Below, piece by piece: positions 1-11,831 of a stretch of DNA of 64,000 bases. Position 1 is the stretch's first letter, and each line of letters begins with the position of its first letter. The translations under genes were made by a program, and so were the position numbers. This DNA comes from Eledone cirrhosa (taxonomy: Eukaryota). The notes under the pieces were generated by a model, which did no database searches, had not been told where the DNA came from, and saw only the letters and a list, made by a program, of their open reading frames with translations. The DNA lies in NCBI GenBank assembly GCA_964016885.1, contig OZ024761.1:31124001-31188000 (forward strand), given 5' to 3'.

Positions 1-121
1 TAACTAAATAGCTCTGTATATATATATATATATATATATATAACTAAATAGCTCTGTATATATATATATATATATATATAACTAAATAGCTCTGTAGCCT
101 TTACCTTTCCTACGGAAGCAC

Positions 122-165
<44 letters not shown>

Positions 166-168
<3 letters not shown>

Positions 169-352
169 CGAAGGAGTTGTGGTAAGAAACCAGAGGGACC
201 ATAACGCATCAGAGTACTCAATACTTAGGGTAGTAGAGTGGGTAATAGGAAAATGTTTAAACCCGACGGCAGAGCTCAAGCCGTTTCGACGGCTAGTCCA
301 GAAATAGCCGTCGAAACGGCTTGAGCTCTGCCGTCGGGGTTAAACATTTTCC
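166..352. mobile_element. (TA)n-embedded Penelope pLTR-like mini-element, family A, fold-back palindrome of an HHR 3' half
   Basis: Inverted arms around AGTCCAGAAAT; each arm reads GAA-ACGGC-ttgagctct-GCCGT-C (HHR stem III plus cleavage triplet). Related copies at ~12053-12190, ~20028-20085, ~37243-37385, ~42062-42258, all next to (TA)n. Confidence 0.7.
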
Positions 353-514
353 TATATATATATATATATATATATATATAGATATATAGTGTGTGTGTGT
401 ATTCGCTAAACGTACCTGAAAACTACCTGAAAGGTGTACAGACATTTACACTTAATTTTACGAGCAGGCTCTTCCGTTGATTGAGCACTCGTCGTAGGCA
501 AAAAACATGCCTTA

Positions 515-595
515 TCAATTTGATCTCAGAATGTAAAGGGCCGTAACTCTGCTGCAAAGCATGGTGTCAGGACGCTCTACCGATTCTGCCAAACG
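515..595 (-). mobile_element. tRNA-derived SINE family 1, 5' fragment
   Basis: Reverse complement matches the head of fuller copies (TTGGCAG..TCGGTAGAG..CCATGCTTTGCAGCAGAGTTACGGCCCTTT). Confidence 0.7.
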
Positions 596-1007
596 TTAAT
601 TCGCTGGGCGGCCTTGAAAACTGACAATTTAGTCTAACGACCCGTTCTCACAGATAGGAAACAAATCAAGCCTCCTCTCTGTGTGAAGATTAGACCTTGT
701 AATAACTGTTATGGCGGTATTTGACCTATTGTCGTCTGACCCTGTAGAAATCTGACATGAGACTTGGATGGAAATCCTAAAAATAAGCAGCCGCCGAATG
801 CAGGTCATTCCCTCCTCACCGCCATAGTACCACCCATATACTAACTGTTGTGTTTAAGGTAGACAGAGAAAGAAAGAGAGAGGGAGGAGGAGGGAGGGAG
901 GAGGAGAGAGAAAAAGAGATAGAGAGGGGGAGAAAGAAAGGGGGGAGAGAGAAAAAGAGATAGAGGTGGAGAAAGAAAGGAGGGAGAAAGAGAGATTAGC
1001 TTATAGT

Positions 1008-1039
<32 letters not shown>

Positions 1040-1589
1040 GTGAAGAGCTAGCTAGATAGATAGATAGATAGAGAGAGATAGAGAGAGAGGTGAAGAGCTA
1101 GCTAGATAGATAGAGAGAGAGAGATATTAGGTTATGGCGGTGACAGGTTGTCAGGTTGGACATTAAGAAGACAGACAGGTCTCTCGCTGTTTAGCTAGTT
1201 TAGTTAGTTTAACTATCGTCATATCTAGGGTACTGTGGGGGGACGAGAGTGGGGGTGGGGGTATAGAAGTAAGGGGTGGGAGTGGGGTGGTGGTGTGGGG
1301 TGGGTGGGAGAAAGGATTCGCAACAAAGCACCTGACGTCACAACAAACAGTTTTTGGGGTATTTTTTTTGTTTGTTTCTGTAAAGAAGTGTTAACAAAAC
1401 AGAGCTGAGAGGTGAAGTCTACATAATAGGGAGGAGGAGGGGGAGGAAGAGGAGGAGGTTGAGGATGGGGAGGAGGTTGAGGATGGGGAGGAGGAGAAAC
1501 TAGGCCGAGAAGTGATTATGTCGTCCTATTATGGAGTATTTGTTCTTGCAGAGAAAATAACTCACACCAAACAGCAGTAACACTAGAGT

Positions 1590-2002
1590 AGTCACCACCA
1601 TCATCACCACCATCATCACCATCATCATCACCATCATCATCACCACCATCACCACCATCATCACCATCATCATCACCACCATCACCATCATCACCACCAT
1701 CATCACCACCATCATCACTACCACCATCACCACCATCATCACCATCATCACCACTACCATCATCACCACCATCATCACCACCATCATCACCACCATCATC
1801 ACCACCATCACCACCATCATCACCATCATCACCACCATCATCACCATCATCACCACCATCATCACTACCATCATCACCACCATCATCACCACCATCATCA
1901 CCATCACCACCATCACCACCATCATCATCACCATCATCACCACCATCACCACCATCATCACCACCATCATCACCACCATCATCACCATCATCATTATCAC
2001 CC
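1590..2002. repeat. (CAC/CAT)n compound trinucleotide repeat
   Basis: Pure caccatcat-type array; the ORFs over it are low-complexity. Confidence 0.95.
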
Positions 2003-2189
2003 CTACCAAAGATCATGGCAGAAAATAGTCTGAACTTTTTGGACGCTAGTTCTTCATAATATAAATTTAAAAAAAAAACATGGTGGGTTGGTTTAGCGGA
2101 GATGAAGGGGGGGGGGGGGGGGCTTTAGTTTTTAAATTTCATTACTGCACTACATAGAGTTTGATGAATACAACCACAAGGATATTGTC

Positions 2190-2522
2190 CGAATGTGGAA
2201 GGGCCGAACTCTCACTGCCATCGCTTCCATCTCTCTCGCCCTCTCTGTATGGTGAGCAAATGGGGTCTCACGTGCTGGCCTCCTCACAGTCCCGGCGGAT
2301 GGACGGAATGGAGAAGGCGTTTCCCCGGAGGATGGTAAATGAGATGCGCTGGAAGAGCCATTCCAACTCGCGAGGCTCAAACCTGCGGCTGGCCAGCTCA
2401 GCGCCTATGGTGGTGAGTAGGGAGGTAGCCCTCGGGCCAAGGATACCAGAAGTCTCCACTGTCAAGGGCACGACCGCGAACCTGTCGGAGAGCGACCGAT
2501 ACTTGGGGATCATGGCTATCAC
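2190..2522 (-). mobile_element. CRE-like non-LTR retrotransposon 3' fragment (restriction-like endonuclease C-terminus)
   Basis: KYRSLSDRFAVVPLTVETSGILG...LFQRISFTILRGNAFSI fits the KY..P.AVET.G / QR.S..I.RGNA motif of CRE-type RLE elements; paralogs at 29100-30205. Confidence 0.8.
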
Positions 2523-2592
2523 CTACGTATTTGGATTTGATGAAGATTTGGCTGTTATTTCTAACGGCTTTGAGGCTCTACTTAGAGATTAC

Positions 2593-2751
2593 CTTATACT
2601 TGAAGCGGGTAGGTTTCAGTTTTAAGGAATTGTTTGATGGCTTTACACCAGACAATGATGGAGAAATACCAAGTTTAGAAGACAAAAATAGACTTGCCTC
2701 AATTTTGTGGTTCAACAATTTTCTTCCCATTGCGAAAACTTTCAGTAAAGT
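2593..2751 (-). CDS. candidate host exon (159 nt, open in frame 0), product unknown
   Basis: Acceptor ttttatttcag and donor AAG|gtaatc enclose TLLKVFAMGRKLLNHKIEASLFLSSKLGISPSLSGVKPSNNSLKLKPTRFKYK in unique sequence; no homology recognised. Confidence 0.3.
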
Positions 2752-2805
2752 CTGAAATAAAATGGAAAACAAAATGTGTTTTTAAATCTTCCTCCTCCTT
2801 CTCCT

Positions 2806-2900
2806 CTTTCTACAGGACTAGAACTGTTTCATTCGTATGGAATCATCAGGAATGTCCTGATGATTTCATACGAATGAAACATTTCTAGTCTTGTAGAAGT
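2806..2900. ncRNA. two oppositely oriented type I hammerhead ribozymes (family B) forming a palindrome
   Basis: Minus strand: TTC-CTGATGA-TTCC atac GAAT-GAA-ACAG ttctagtc CTGT-A-GAA. The plus strand carries a slightly mutated mirror copy. Confidence 0.75.
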
Positions 2901-3175
2901 CATTTCTCTCTCTCTCTATATATAAATATAATAAAAAAGTCTATACTCCACCTAAGTATTAGGTGTCTTTTTTAACTATGGTTATCCACCTCCCCTGACA
3001 AAATTCGGGAATCTACACACACACACACACACATATATGTACACACATATATATACACAGGGTGTCCCCAAAATATATGCACTATATATATATGTGTGTG
3101 TACACACATTCATAACTAACTTATTGAGTACGTTTTTTTGTTTGTAGTATAACGTGTGCATATGTATATGTGTGC

Positions 3176-3228
<53 letters not shown>

Positions 3229-3899
3229 CATACATAACTAAGTTATTGCGTACTTTTTTTGTTCATAGTATATAACGTGTATGCATGTGAGTACGCGAAT
3301 GTGTACGCATGCGTGTGTACATGTGCGTGCTCTCATCATTATCAAATTGTCGAATGGCGCTGGGCTGTGCTGTGATGTGCTCTGCTGTACTAGTACACGT
3401 AGAATGATATAAATAGCTAATCACCTATATCAATATATTTCCAAAGTTAATATGTCTGTATCTGTAGCTGTATCTGTTATAGAATATACATTCTCTAATC
3501 ATATTTCATAAGAAGAAAACTAGAAAACAAGCAACGTGGCTAGCAATTCAGCAATTCCACAGCAAGGAAGCCGAAGCCATCTATCTACTTAGCTAGCTAG
3601 CTACCTTTTAATACTACCTGTGTGAAAAGTGAAACTGTATAGTTTACAACTAGACTCAGGAAAATGGAAGATCAATATCGATTTTATTTAAAATTTCCTT
3701 ATGGTGGAATGAAAATGTATCACACAATTCAATGTTCACCAACGTCTGTGCTTGAACGTACAGGTCAAATTTGAACTGTTATAGCTCTGTAATATTGGTC
3801 TGTATTGATTTATTTTTCAACTGGAAACAGTCATATATTTACCACAGTATCAAAACGTGTTTTCGGCAGTGAAATTTGCTAAGATCTTCTTCTGTAGTA

Positions 3900-3968
<69 letters not shown>

Positions 3969-4010
3969 TATAACTAACATCGCTTCTTAGGATAGAGGAC
4001 CAACAATAAA

Positions 4011-4096
<86 letters not shown>

Positions 4097-4099
<3 letters not shown>

Positions 4100-4466
4100 C
4101 GTTTCTGAATTTGTTTAGCAAGATTCTTTATCTGAAATCGTGTGTTGAAACCGATATTGTTATACTTTGGGAGGGTCATGTTGCCAATAAGACTGAGCAC
4201 ACAACACACACACAGAAACAAAATGGCGTAGGACAGAACAAAGGAGAGGCACAAAAACAAAGAAAAGAACCCCCAGTCACTGAAGAGGTCACAGAATGTG
4301 TGACGAAAGAACTTTGACAATATATATAAACAACTATCTGGTTGTGGAACCAACCAACCAACCAGAAATTTATAAATTCCTAAATTTATAAATTTATTAT
4401 AATAAATTGAAGTGAAAGCAACTGGTGCGTGTGTTTCTTATTGGCAACATGACCCTCCCAAAGTAT

Positions 4467-4472
<6 letters not shown>
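4097..4472. mobile_element. (TA)n-embedded fold-back element, family E
   Basis: Inverted arms TTGTTATACTTTGGGAGGGTCATGTTGCCAATAAGA / TCTTATTGGCAACATGACCCTCCCAAAGTATAACAA, with (TA)n on both sides; second copy at ~59855-60080. Confidence 0.7.
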
Positions 4473-4542
<70 letters not shown>

Positions 4543-4544
<2 letters not shown>

Positions 4545-4709
4545 TAATAATAATAAATGTGAAGACTAAAATCCGAAGAGGGCTCGACAAGGATAATATA
4601 TATATATATAATCATATAAAACCATAGAGCAAATATTCATTAAAATAACAGATTAAAGTTTAAGCAAAGGGTGAAAGCAGCGATTCTTTGCTTAAACTTT
4701 AATCTGTTA

Positions 4710-4716
<7 letters not shown>
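4543..4716. mobile_element. (TA)n-embedded pLTR-like mini-element, family D
   Basis: AACAGATTAAAGTTTAAGCAAAG folds back onto GGGT-GAA-AGCA..TGCT-T-AAACTTTAATCTGTT. Same family at 41865-42010, 42271-42320, 42780-42965, 43277-43330; related at 48575-48740. Confidence 0.7.
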
Positions 4717-4784
<68 letters not shown>

Positions 4785-4787
<3 letters not shown>

Positions 4788-4915
4788 AAATGGTTTCTAC
4801 AGGACTAGAACTGTTTCATTCGGGAGAAGCCATTTCTATATTAAATATTTATACTCTGTTATGTATATAGTACCTTACTTACTGTGGCTACCTCCGATAG
4901 AACCCAGGATAAACA
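4785..4915. mobile_element. family B pLTR-like fragment at the 3' flank of the RTE LINE
   Basis: TTCTACAGGACTAGAACTGTTTCATTC and TTACTTACTGTGG.TACCTCCGAT are shared with 15137-15310 and 22975-23160. Confidence 0.65.
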
Positions 4916-4925
4916 TATATGTATG

Positions 4926-4972
<47 letters not shown>

Positions 4973-4976
<4 letters not shown>

Positions 4977-7900
4977 CTGGTAAAATTCCCGAGATCCATG
5001 GACGAGTTCTCTCCAGCGGTCTCTGTCCCTCATTATCGCTGCCATGTCCTGCGTCTCCAACAGACCAGTGTCTGTCCTTAGGGCATCAACATACATGTAG
5101 GAGCTCCCAAAGGAGCACTGAGTGCAATGTCAACTCTGGATGTCAGTGAGCATGTCCAGCTAACCTCAGTCTCCTCTGTGTCACTTTTGAGCTGACTTTT
5201 GGGAGGCTCCCATACAGCTCTGAGTTTTTCATCCTCAGTGTATACTGATTAATGTTCAGAGCCATCCTCAGCATTCTCGTGTAGTACCCATCCACCATCT
5301 GAGTGAGTTTCTTGGTCAGTGTCCAAGTCTCAGACTCGTACAGCAGCACAGACTCCACTACAGCAATGAAGAGGCGGATTTTCAGGTCTTTACGAAGGTC
5401 CGACTTCCACACCGATCTCAAGCTGTGGCACGCCGCCCAGGCTTTGCTCTTCCTCTCAACCACATCATCTTCCGTATTCCCAATCTTTGCTCCCAAATAC
5501 GGGAAGCCCTCAACCAGTTCTAGCGGCTTCCCGCCTACATTAGTGATCCCCTCTGGCTTCTCAACATTCTCTACCAGATATTTTGTTTTAGTCTCATTCA
5601 TTCTCAGCCCCACACTCATCGACACAGTCTCAACCTCCCGCATCAAATCCTCTGCCTCCTTCACTGTATTTGTCACCAAAACTATGTTGTCGGCAAATTC
5701 AGCATCTGGTACCTTTTTCGCCTTAACTCTCCTGCTCTGAGCCGGTGTTACAGTAAAGCCAGAGTCCTGGTGTTTCTCCAGTGCAAGGCGCATACAATAG
5801 TCCACTACGATGATAAAAAGGTAGGGAGCAATTGTATCTCCCTGGAGCACTCCAGCAAGTATCTCAAAGAACTCTGTCATCCCATCAGGTGTAATGACTT
5901 GGGCTTTGGTGTTGGTGTAGAGCAGTGATATCAGGTCAACTATCTTCTTGGGGATTCCATAAGCCTGTAAGATTTTCATCAGGCAGTGACGGTCCACAGA
6001 ATCAAAGGCCTTCCTAAAGTCAATGAAAACCATGACCTCAGGAAGGCACTTTGCTCTAGCTCCCTCTAATATCCTCCTCAGCATCAGGATGTGACTGGTG
6101 GTTGATCTTCCCTCTCTGAAGCCGTTCTGGTTGTCCCTGAGCTTCTTCTCCATCTCAGGCTGGATCCTGTTAAGAATCATCCTGTTGAGGGTCTTTGCCA
6201 CAAGTGACGTCAGTGAGATCCCCCTGTAGTTGTTGGTGTTAGAGAGATCTCCCTTCTTTGGCACTGGGACGATGTTACTGATCCTCCACTGATTCGGGGC
6301 AACTCCTTTCTCCAGTGCCCGGTTACAGAACCCCAGGATGATATCATCAAAATCATACCTCTTCATCACCTCTGATGCCACTCTATCTTCTCCATGAGCC
6401 TTGCCCTCCTTGATCCTCTTCTTGGCTCTCTGAAGCTCCTCTCTGGTGAAGGGCTCTGTCTCAATATCCAGTTCCTCAAACAGCCGCCTGATCTCCCCAG
6501 TGCTCTGGGCTGTGGAGAGTGGCTCTCCTAGTAGGGTCCTAAAATCGTCTAGCCATTTCCTCTTCCTATCCTCGGGCCCCGTTCTCTGGATCTGACTCGA
6601 ACACCTTCTCTTCCTCCCTGTGATCTCGTTGATGATCATCCAGCTCTCCTTACATCCAGATCTGTCAACCGCTCTCTCCACACTTCTGATCTTCTCTATC
6701 AGTGCCTCCTCTCTGGCCTCAGTGTAAGTGGTACAGAGTTCTTCCCTCACCACCTCCACAGTCTCCATCCTCTCCTCCGTAGGATCAGCATATAATTGGT
6801 TCTCTGGCTGCACACACTTTTGCAGAGCTGACGTGCTTCCTTTTGTTCTTTTTCCTCGGCACCAGGGTTTCATATACTTCCGCCACTGCATTGGTGAAGT
6901 GCCCGTACCTCCTCGTCACACTCTCCTCAGTCCATCCAATCTCTCTCTCCTCTGTCTCTCCACACACAGCACTGAACCTGTTCCTCACTTCCACTGTGAA
7001 CCTCTCCTGTACCTTATCATCTTCCTTGAAATCTCCCCAGTCATAGATTGCTCTCCGGGGCTGAGCCTTGCTCTTTCTTAAGCTCACCCGGACCTCACTC
7101 ATAACAAGCCGGTGGTCACCATCCAGTGTACTGAAATAGTTGTATGGTTCTGTGTTCAGAACACTATTCCGCCACATTTTCCTCACCAAAATGAAATCAA
7201 TCTGGGACTTGGACAGGTGCATATCTGAGATGTAGGTCCACATCTTCCCCGGATTCTTCCTAAACTTAGGTTGGTCGCTATCAAGTTCGCCTCCAGCAGG
7301 CTGTCTCTCAGTAGTCTTCCATTTCAGTTGGTGTTGTTATGGAAGTACCAGCAAGGATCTTCACTGCCCTCCTTATTCAGATGTGCATTGAAGTCCCCCC
7401 AAAACAAGCAGGATGTTGTGTGCTTGTGTGGTGTTGACACTTCTACACACCTCCTCATGGAACTCTTCTGCACTCACATCACTGTCCCCCTCGGTTGGAC
7501 TATAGGCTGAGATGACTGTCAGTCTTGGGTTTCCATTGAAGGTCACCCTCAACACTCGCGGGGAGACAGGCATTATTTCCCTCACCAATAGACTGATTTT
7601 TGTGCTGAAAACAAAATCCACTCCTTCCACTGCAGCATTGGTCATGTTCCTCTCTGCCGATGTGGTGATGAGCTGGCTCCTCTTCCCACTCCTCACACTC
7701 CTCATACGCTCATCGTGTAGGATCCTGTGTTCTTGAATCGCAAGTATCTGTATATCACTCTCATCGAACAGATGTCCCAACTCCTCTCTCTTCTCCAGCG
7801 TCCGAATAGTCCTCACATTCAAAGTGCCCATTTTGATGGCTCTTCTGCAGGACAAAACTGTATTCTTTATATTTGTCTCAGAGACAGCTGATCCATCATC

Positions 7901-8222
7901 CAATGGCCCTCTCTGTGGCTATAACGACCAGACTGCTCATAACGACCAGACTGCTCCTTGACAGTGTAATTAGGGGCTCTAACCCTAGTGCTGTTAGATC
8001 GACTCTCCATATTTCTTTTCAATGGCTGACAATACCTTACCGACGCCACTCGAATAAGCTAGTTATTTAACCCATAAATGGAGCCCTAACAGGTACTACT
8101 ACTCCGGGCCAGAGCAGACCTGGGAGTTATGACAACTAAGGGGTAACTCCACATTCCCCACAGCTTCTGAACTCCCGAACTGGAGCCTTGCCACTGGATG
8201 TAGTTTAATGTCATACCCTGGA
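4973..8222 (-). mobile_element. RTE-clade LINE, near full length, disrupted (APE endonuclease + reverse transcriptase)
   Basis: APE motifs MGTLNVRT, IQEHR, SAYSPT, SQIDFILV, GDHRLV (7903-6785). RT motifs NYRGISL, QNGFR, FIDFRKAFDSV, GVLQGD, FADNI, YLG, LLY.SETW (6891-5143). Frameshifts, a stop at 5143 and a ~35-nt deletion relative to the 12324-12885 copy; 5' UTR to ~8222; ends at (TA)n. Confidence 0.95.
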
Positions 8223-8455
8223 CATATATATATATACGTACGTAGATACATACATATATACTGACATACATGCATAGATACATATATATAGACATACATA
8301 TAGACCAGTAATGTACTGGGGTCGATTTAATAGACTTTCCCCTCCCCTAAAATTGTTGGCCTTGTGCTTAAATCAGAAACCTTAAATCAGAATTACCTCA
8401 AGCTGGAATCGAACCTCAATCATGAGTCCATCTCACTCATTGTTTGACTCTAGAT

Positions 8456-9027
8456 CAGAGGTTCTCAAACATTTTGGGTCACCACCCCTCATCACGGCCA
8501 TGTAATACCCTCAGCGCCCCACCACTATTTTCTGAGAGACCTGCCTACACGCCAATTGTAAATAATATATAATAAATAAAACCGTTAATTTATATATAAT
8601 AATATAATATATACTTTGTATAAATAGATAGATATTTAATATTTTTTTTGTTTTACTATATTTATATATAGTATATATCATTTGATATTTAATATACTAT
8701 TATATCATCATGAAGGCGTTGGCGGAGTGGTTAGAGAATTGGATTCGCTAATCGTGAGGTTGTCAGTTCGATTCCCGGACAGGGTGATGCGTTATGATCT
8801 TGAGCAAGACATTTTATTTCACGTTGCGACCGATAGATAGTATTAGCAATTGGAAAGACCAATGGAAACACTGTTTCCTCGGTCCGATTTGACGAAAGTC
8901 GATCGTTCCTATTTCTATATCATCTCTGCCACCTCCACCACCCCTAGACCCCACCACTCCCCTGGACTTTTAACCCCCCCCCCCCCCTCCCGGTGTGTGG
9001 CGGTAGCGACCACTTTGAGAACCTCTG
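8456..9027. mobile_element. hAT (Charlie-like) MITE with nested SINE fragment
   Basis: TIRs CAGAGGTTCTCAAA / TTTGAGAACCTCTG; flanks CTCTAGAT and CTATAAAT look like a decayed 8-bp NTCTAGAN-type TSD; second partial copy from ~36740. Confidence 0.8.
8712..8910 (+). mobile_element. tRNA-derived SINE family 2 fragment inside the MITE
   Basis: A-box TGGCGGAGTGG, B-box GTTCGATTCC, core CTTGAGCAAGACA.TTTATTTCACGTTGC; tail shared with 62965-63030. Confidence 0.8.
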
Positions 9028-9142
9028 CTATAAATCATGGTCTCACTTCACCGGACAGTCTAGCGGATTAAAATAGAGCACAAGAAACATTCTTGTCTGT
9101 TCTCATTGTGTTTTGATCAAGAACTAACAAACGTTATTATAA

Positions 9143-10223
9143 ATTATTATTTCTCTTGTTAACAACACATTAAAGTTTCTGTTTAATCTTCGCTGCAATA
9201 TCCGGCTTCCAATAAAGCTTCTGAAGTTTACAGACAGTACAGATATATATAAGACATATTTAGGATACAACAAAAGTGACCAAATACCATATTGTTAGAT
9301 ATTATAGAAATAAGGAGATAAAATTGGAGATTTTCCCCGAAAATTGTTCACGTCCATTGCTAAATTATAACAGTTGTTATTTAAATAGAGTTTGTAGAGT
9401 TTGTTTTTTTAAGCTATACTAGCAGAAAAACTACCCTTCGGGTGGTTTTCTGCTAGTATGTGTAGTGTGCATATTGATATTATATGCAAATATACCTGCA
9501 TGTAGATATGATATGTCAGATAAAATCGTAATTGACAATATACACAGAAATTGAAGAGAGGCTGTGTTACACTGTCTTCTGTAATCGGTAACGTAATCCA
9601 TGATACATTTAAAAAAGACGATATTATATATAAACTGCATTACGGTGAAATGTAATGAAACCTTATATAACGATGCAAATATATGGATAATTATATAAGC
9701 GATGTAATAAGTGTTATAGTATAATGGACGCTAACTGGAAGTGTAGACATTTGAAAATGTTAAAAGAAGTGTATCTTAAAATAAACAATCATTATATGTA
9801 TAAGAATATTTATGTTTAATCAACAACTACGAGATTTAGTAGATAAATTATGTAATATTCATTCATTATTTATTCAAAGTAATCTAACTTATTTTACTAA
9901 CGGGATAAAAAAAATATATTCGATACGCAGTCCCGCACTCCTCCCTTTATTATATTATGATTATTATTTCTCTTGTTAACAACACATTAAAGTTTCTGTT
10001 TAATCTTCGCTGCAATATCCGGCTTCCAACAAAGCTTCTGAAGTTTACAGACAGTACAGATATATATAAGACATATTTAGGACAACAAAAGTGACTAAAT
10101 ACCATATTGTTAGATATTATAGAAATAAGGAGATCAAATTGGAGATTTGCCCCGAAAATTGTTCACGTCCATTGCCAAATTATAACAGTTGTTATTTAAA
10201 TAGAGTTTGTTTTTTAAGCTATA
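9143..10223. repeat. direct duplication of ~270 bp (9143-9419 and ~9960-10223)
   Basis: Both copies run ATTATTATTTCTCTTGTTAACAACACATT ... GTTTGTTTTTTAAGCTATA with few differences. Confidence 0.9.
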
Positions 10224-10254
10224 TATCCAACACCCTATCTGGATATTGGAAATA

Positions 10255-10690
10255 TTGTTTGTGTTGTTGTTGTAGTTATTGTCGTTGTAGTTGTTGTTGT
10301 TGTTGTTGTCGTGATTGTCGTTGTTGTAGTTGTTGTCATTGTCATTGTTGTTGTTGTCGTTGTTGTCGTTGTTGGTGTTGTAGTTATTGTAGTATGTTTT
10401 ACGCTTGAAATCTTTCCTATGGTTAAACTGATTTTGTTCTTGTTGTTGTTGTCGTTGTTGTTGTTGATTTTATTGGTATAGTTGTCGCTGTTGTTGTCGT
10501 TATTGCTGTTGTTGTTGTTGTTATTGCTATTGTTCTTGTTATTATTCTACTTTATTTATTGTTATTGCTGTTGTTGTTGTTATTATAGTCGTTGTTATTG
10601 CTATTGTTGTACTTATTGTTGTTTTTATTGTCGTTGTTATTGCTATCGTTGTACTTATTGTTAATTATTGTTGTTGTTGTTGTTGTATTT
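10255..10690. repeat. (TTG)n degenerate trinucleotide repeat
   Basis: Direct reading. Confidence 0.9.
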
Positions 10691-10714
10691 GTAATTAGTA
10701 TTCTCTTTTATATT

Positions 10715-10876
10715 CCTCCTATAAGGCCAGTAATTTGAAGGGGATGGGGGGGGGGGGGAGGGAAGTCGATTAAATCGACCCCATCCGTAAGGATGAAAGG
10801 CAAAGCTAACCTCGGGCGGGATTTGCAGCACAGAGTATGGCCCTTTGGCCATACTCTGTGCTGCAAAGCATGGCGT
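10715..10876 (-). mobile_element. SINE family 1, truncated by the gap
   Basis: CGTAAGGATGAAAGGCAAAG.TAACCTCGG.CGGGATTTG core in reverse orientation. Confidence 0.8.
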
Positions 10877-11076
10877 NNNNNNNNNNNNNNNNNNNNNNNN
10901 NNNNNNNNNNNNNNNNNNNNNNNNNNNNNNNNNNNNNNNNNNNNNNNNNNNNNNNNNNNNNNNNNNNNNNNNNNNNNNNNNNNNNNNNNNNNNNNNNNNN
11001 NNNNNNNNNNNNNNNNNNNNNNNNNNNNNNNNNNNNNNNNNNNNNNNNNNNNNNNNNNNNNNNNNNNNNNNNNNNN
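10877..11076. other. assembly gap (200 N)
   Basis: Run of n. Confidence 1.
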
Positions 11077-11575
11077 CATCATCACTACCATTACCGTCAT
11101 CACCACCACCACCATCATCATCACCACTATCAGCAACATCATCACCACCACCCTTCACCATCACGACCACCACCCACATCATCATCATCAACGCCAACAT
11201 CATAACCACTACTACCAGACCACCATCATCATCACAATCAGCAGCCCCCCCCCCCCCCGCCACACACACACACACACACACAACCATCCCCCCCACCACC
11301 ACAATCATCACAACCACCATCATCATCGTCGTCATCACCATCATCACCACCAGCACCATAACCACTGCCATAACCCATCTATCCCCCCCCAACGTCACCA
11401 CCACCACCATCATCGCCACCAACACCCCTACCACCACTACCACCACCACCACCATCGCTATCACCACCACACCCTTCACCACCATCATCATCATCATCAT
11501 CACCACCAACACCCCTACCATCACCATCAAAACAATCACCATCAATACCACCACCATCATCATCACCCCCCCCCT
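11077..11575. repeat. (CAC/CAT)n degenerate repeat
   Basis: Direct reading. Confidence 0.9.
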
Positions 11576-11771
11576 CTACCCCCACCTGTTACACACGAAA
11601 CATCAAATTAATAAAGAGAACTCTTCTGGAATTCTGGATCAGAAATATCTTTTTGTAGGAGAAAAAAAGGGATATCTGTGTGTATGTGTGTATGTGTGTA
11701 TGTGTGTATATGTATGTATATGTATGTATACGAATGTATATATATATGTATGTATATATATAAGATAATTA

Positions 11772-11831
11772 TTTCATTTACCAGTGGTTTCTTGAAAGCA
11801 AACAAATTTGCTTTCAGTCATCAGAATGAAA
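11772..11831 (-). ncRNA. complete type I hammerhead ribozyme (family C)
   Basis: TTTCATT-CTGATGA-cTGAAAGCAAA tttg TTTGCTTTCAa-GAA-ACCA c TGGT-A-AATGAAA: 7-bp stem I, 10-bp stem II, intact core, GUA triplet. A mutated mirror copy lies on + at 11843-11900. Confidence 0.85.

Noticed and set aside
1500-2016. GDD-rich or MV-rich ORFs resembling acidic biomineral proteins
   Set aside because: Pure CAC/CAT repeat open in several frames; no signal peptide or convincing splice context.
3054-3085. TACACAGGGTGTCCCC, a Tc1/mariner-like TIR (similar motif at 55640-55658)
   Set aside because: No matching partner TIR found nearby.
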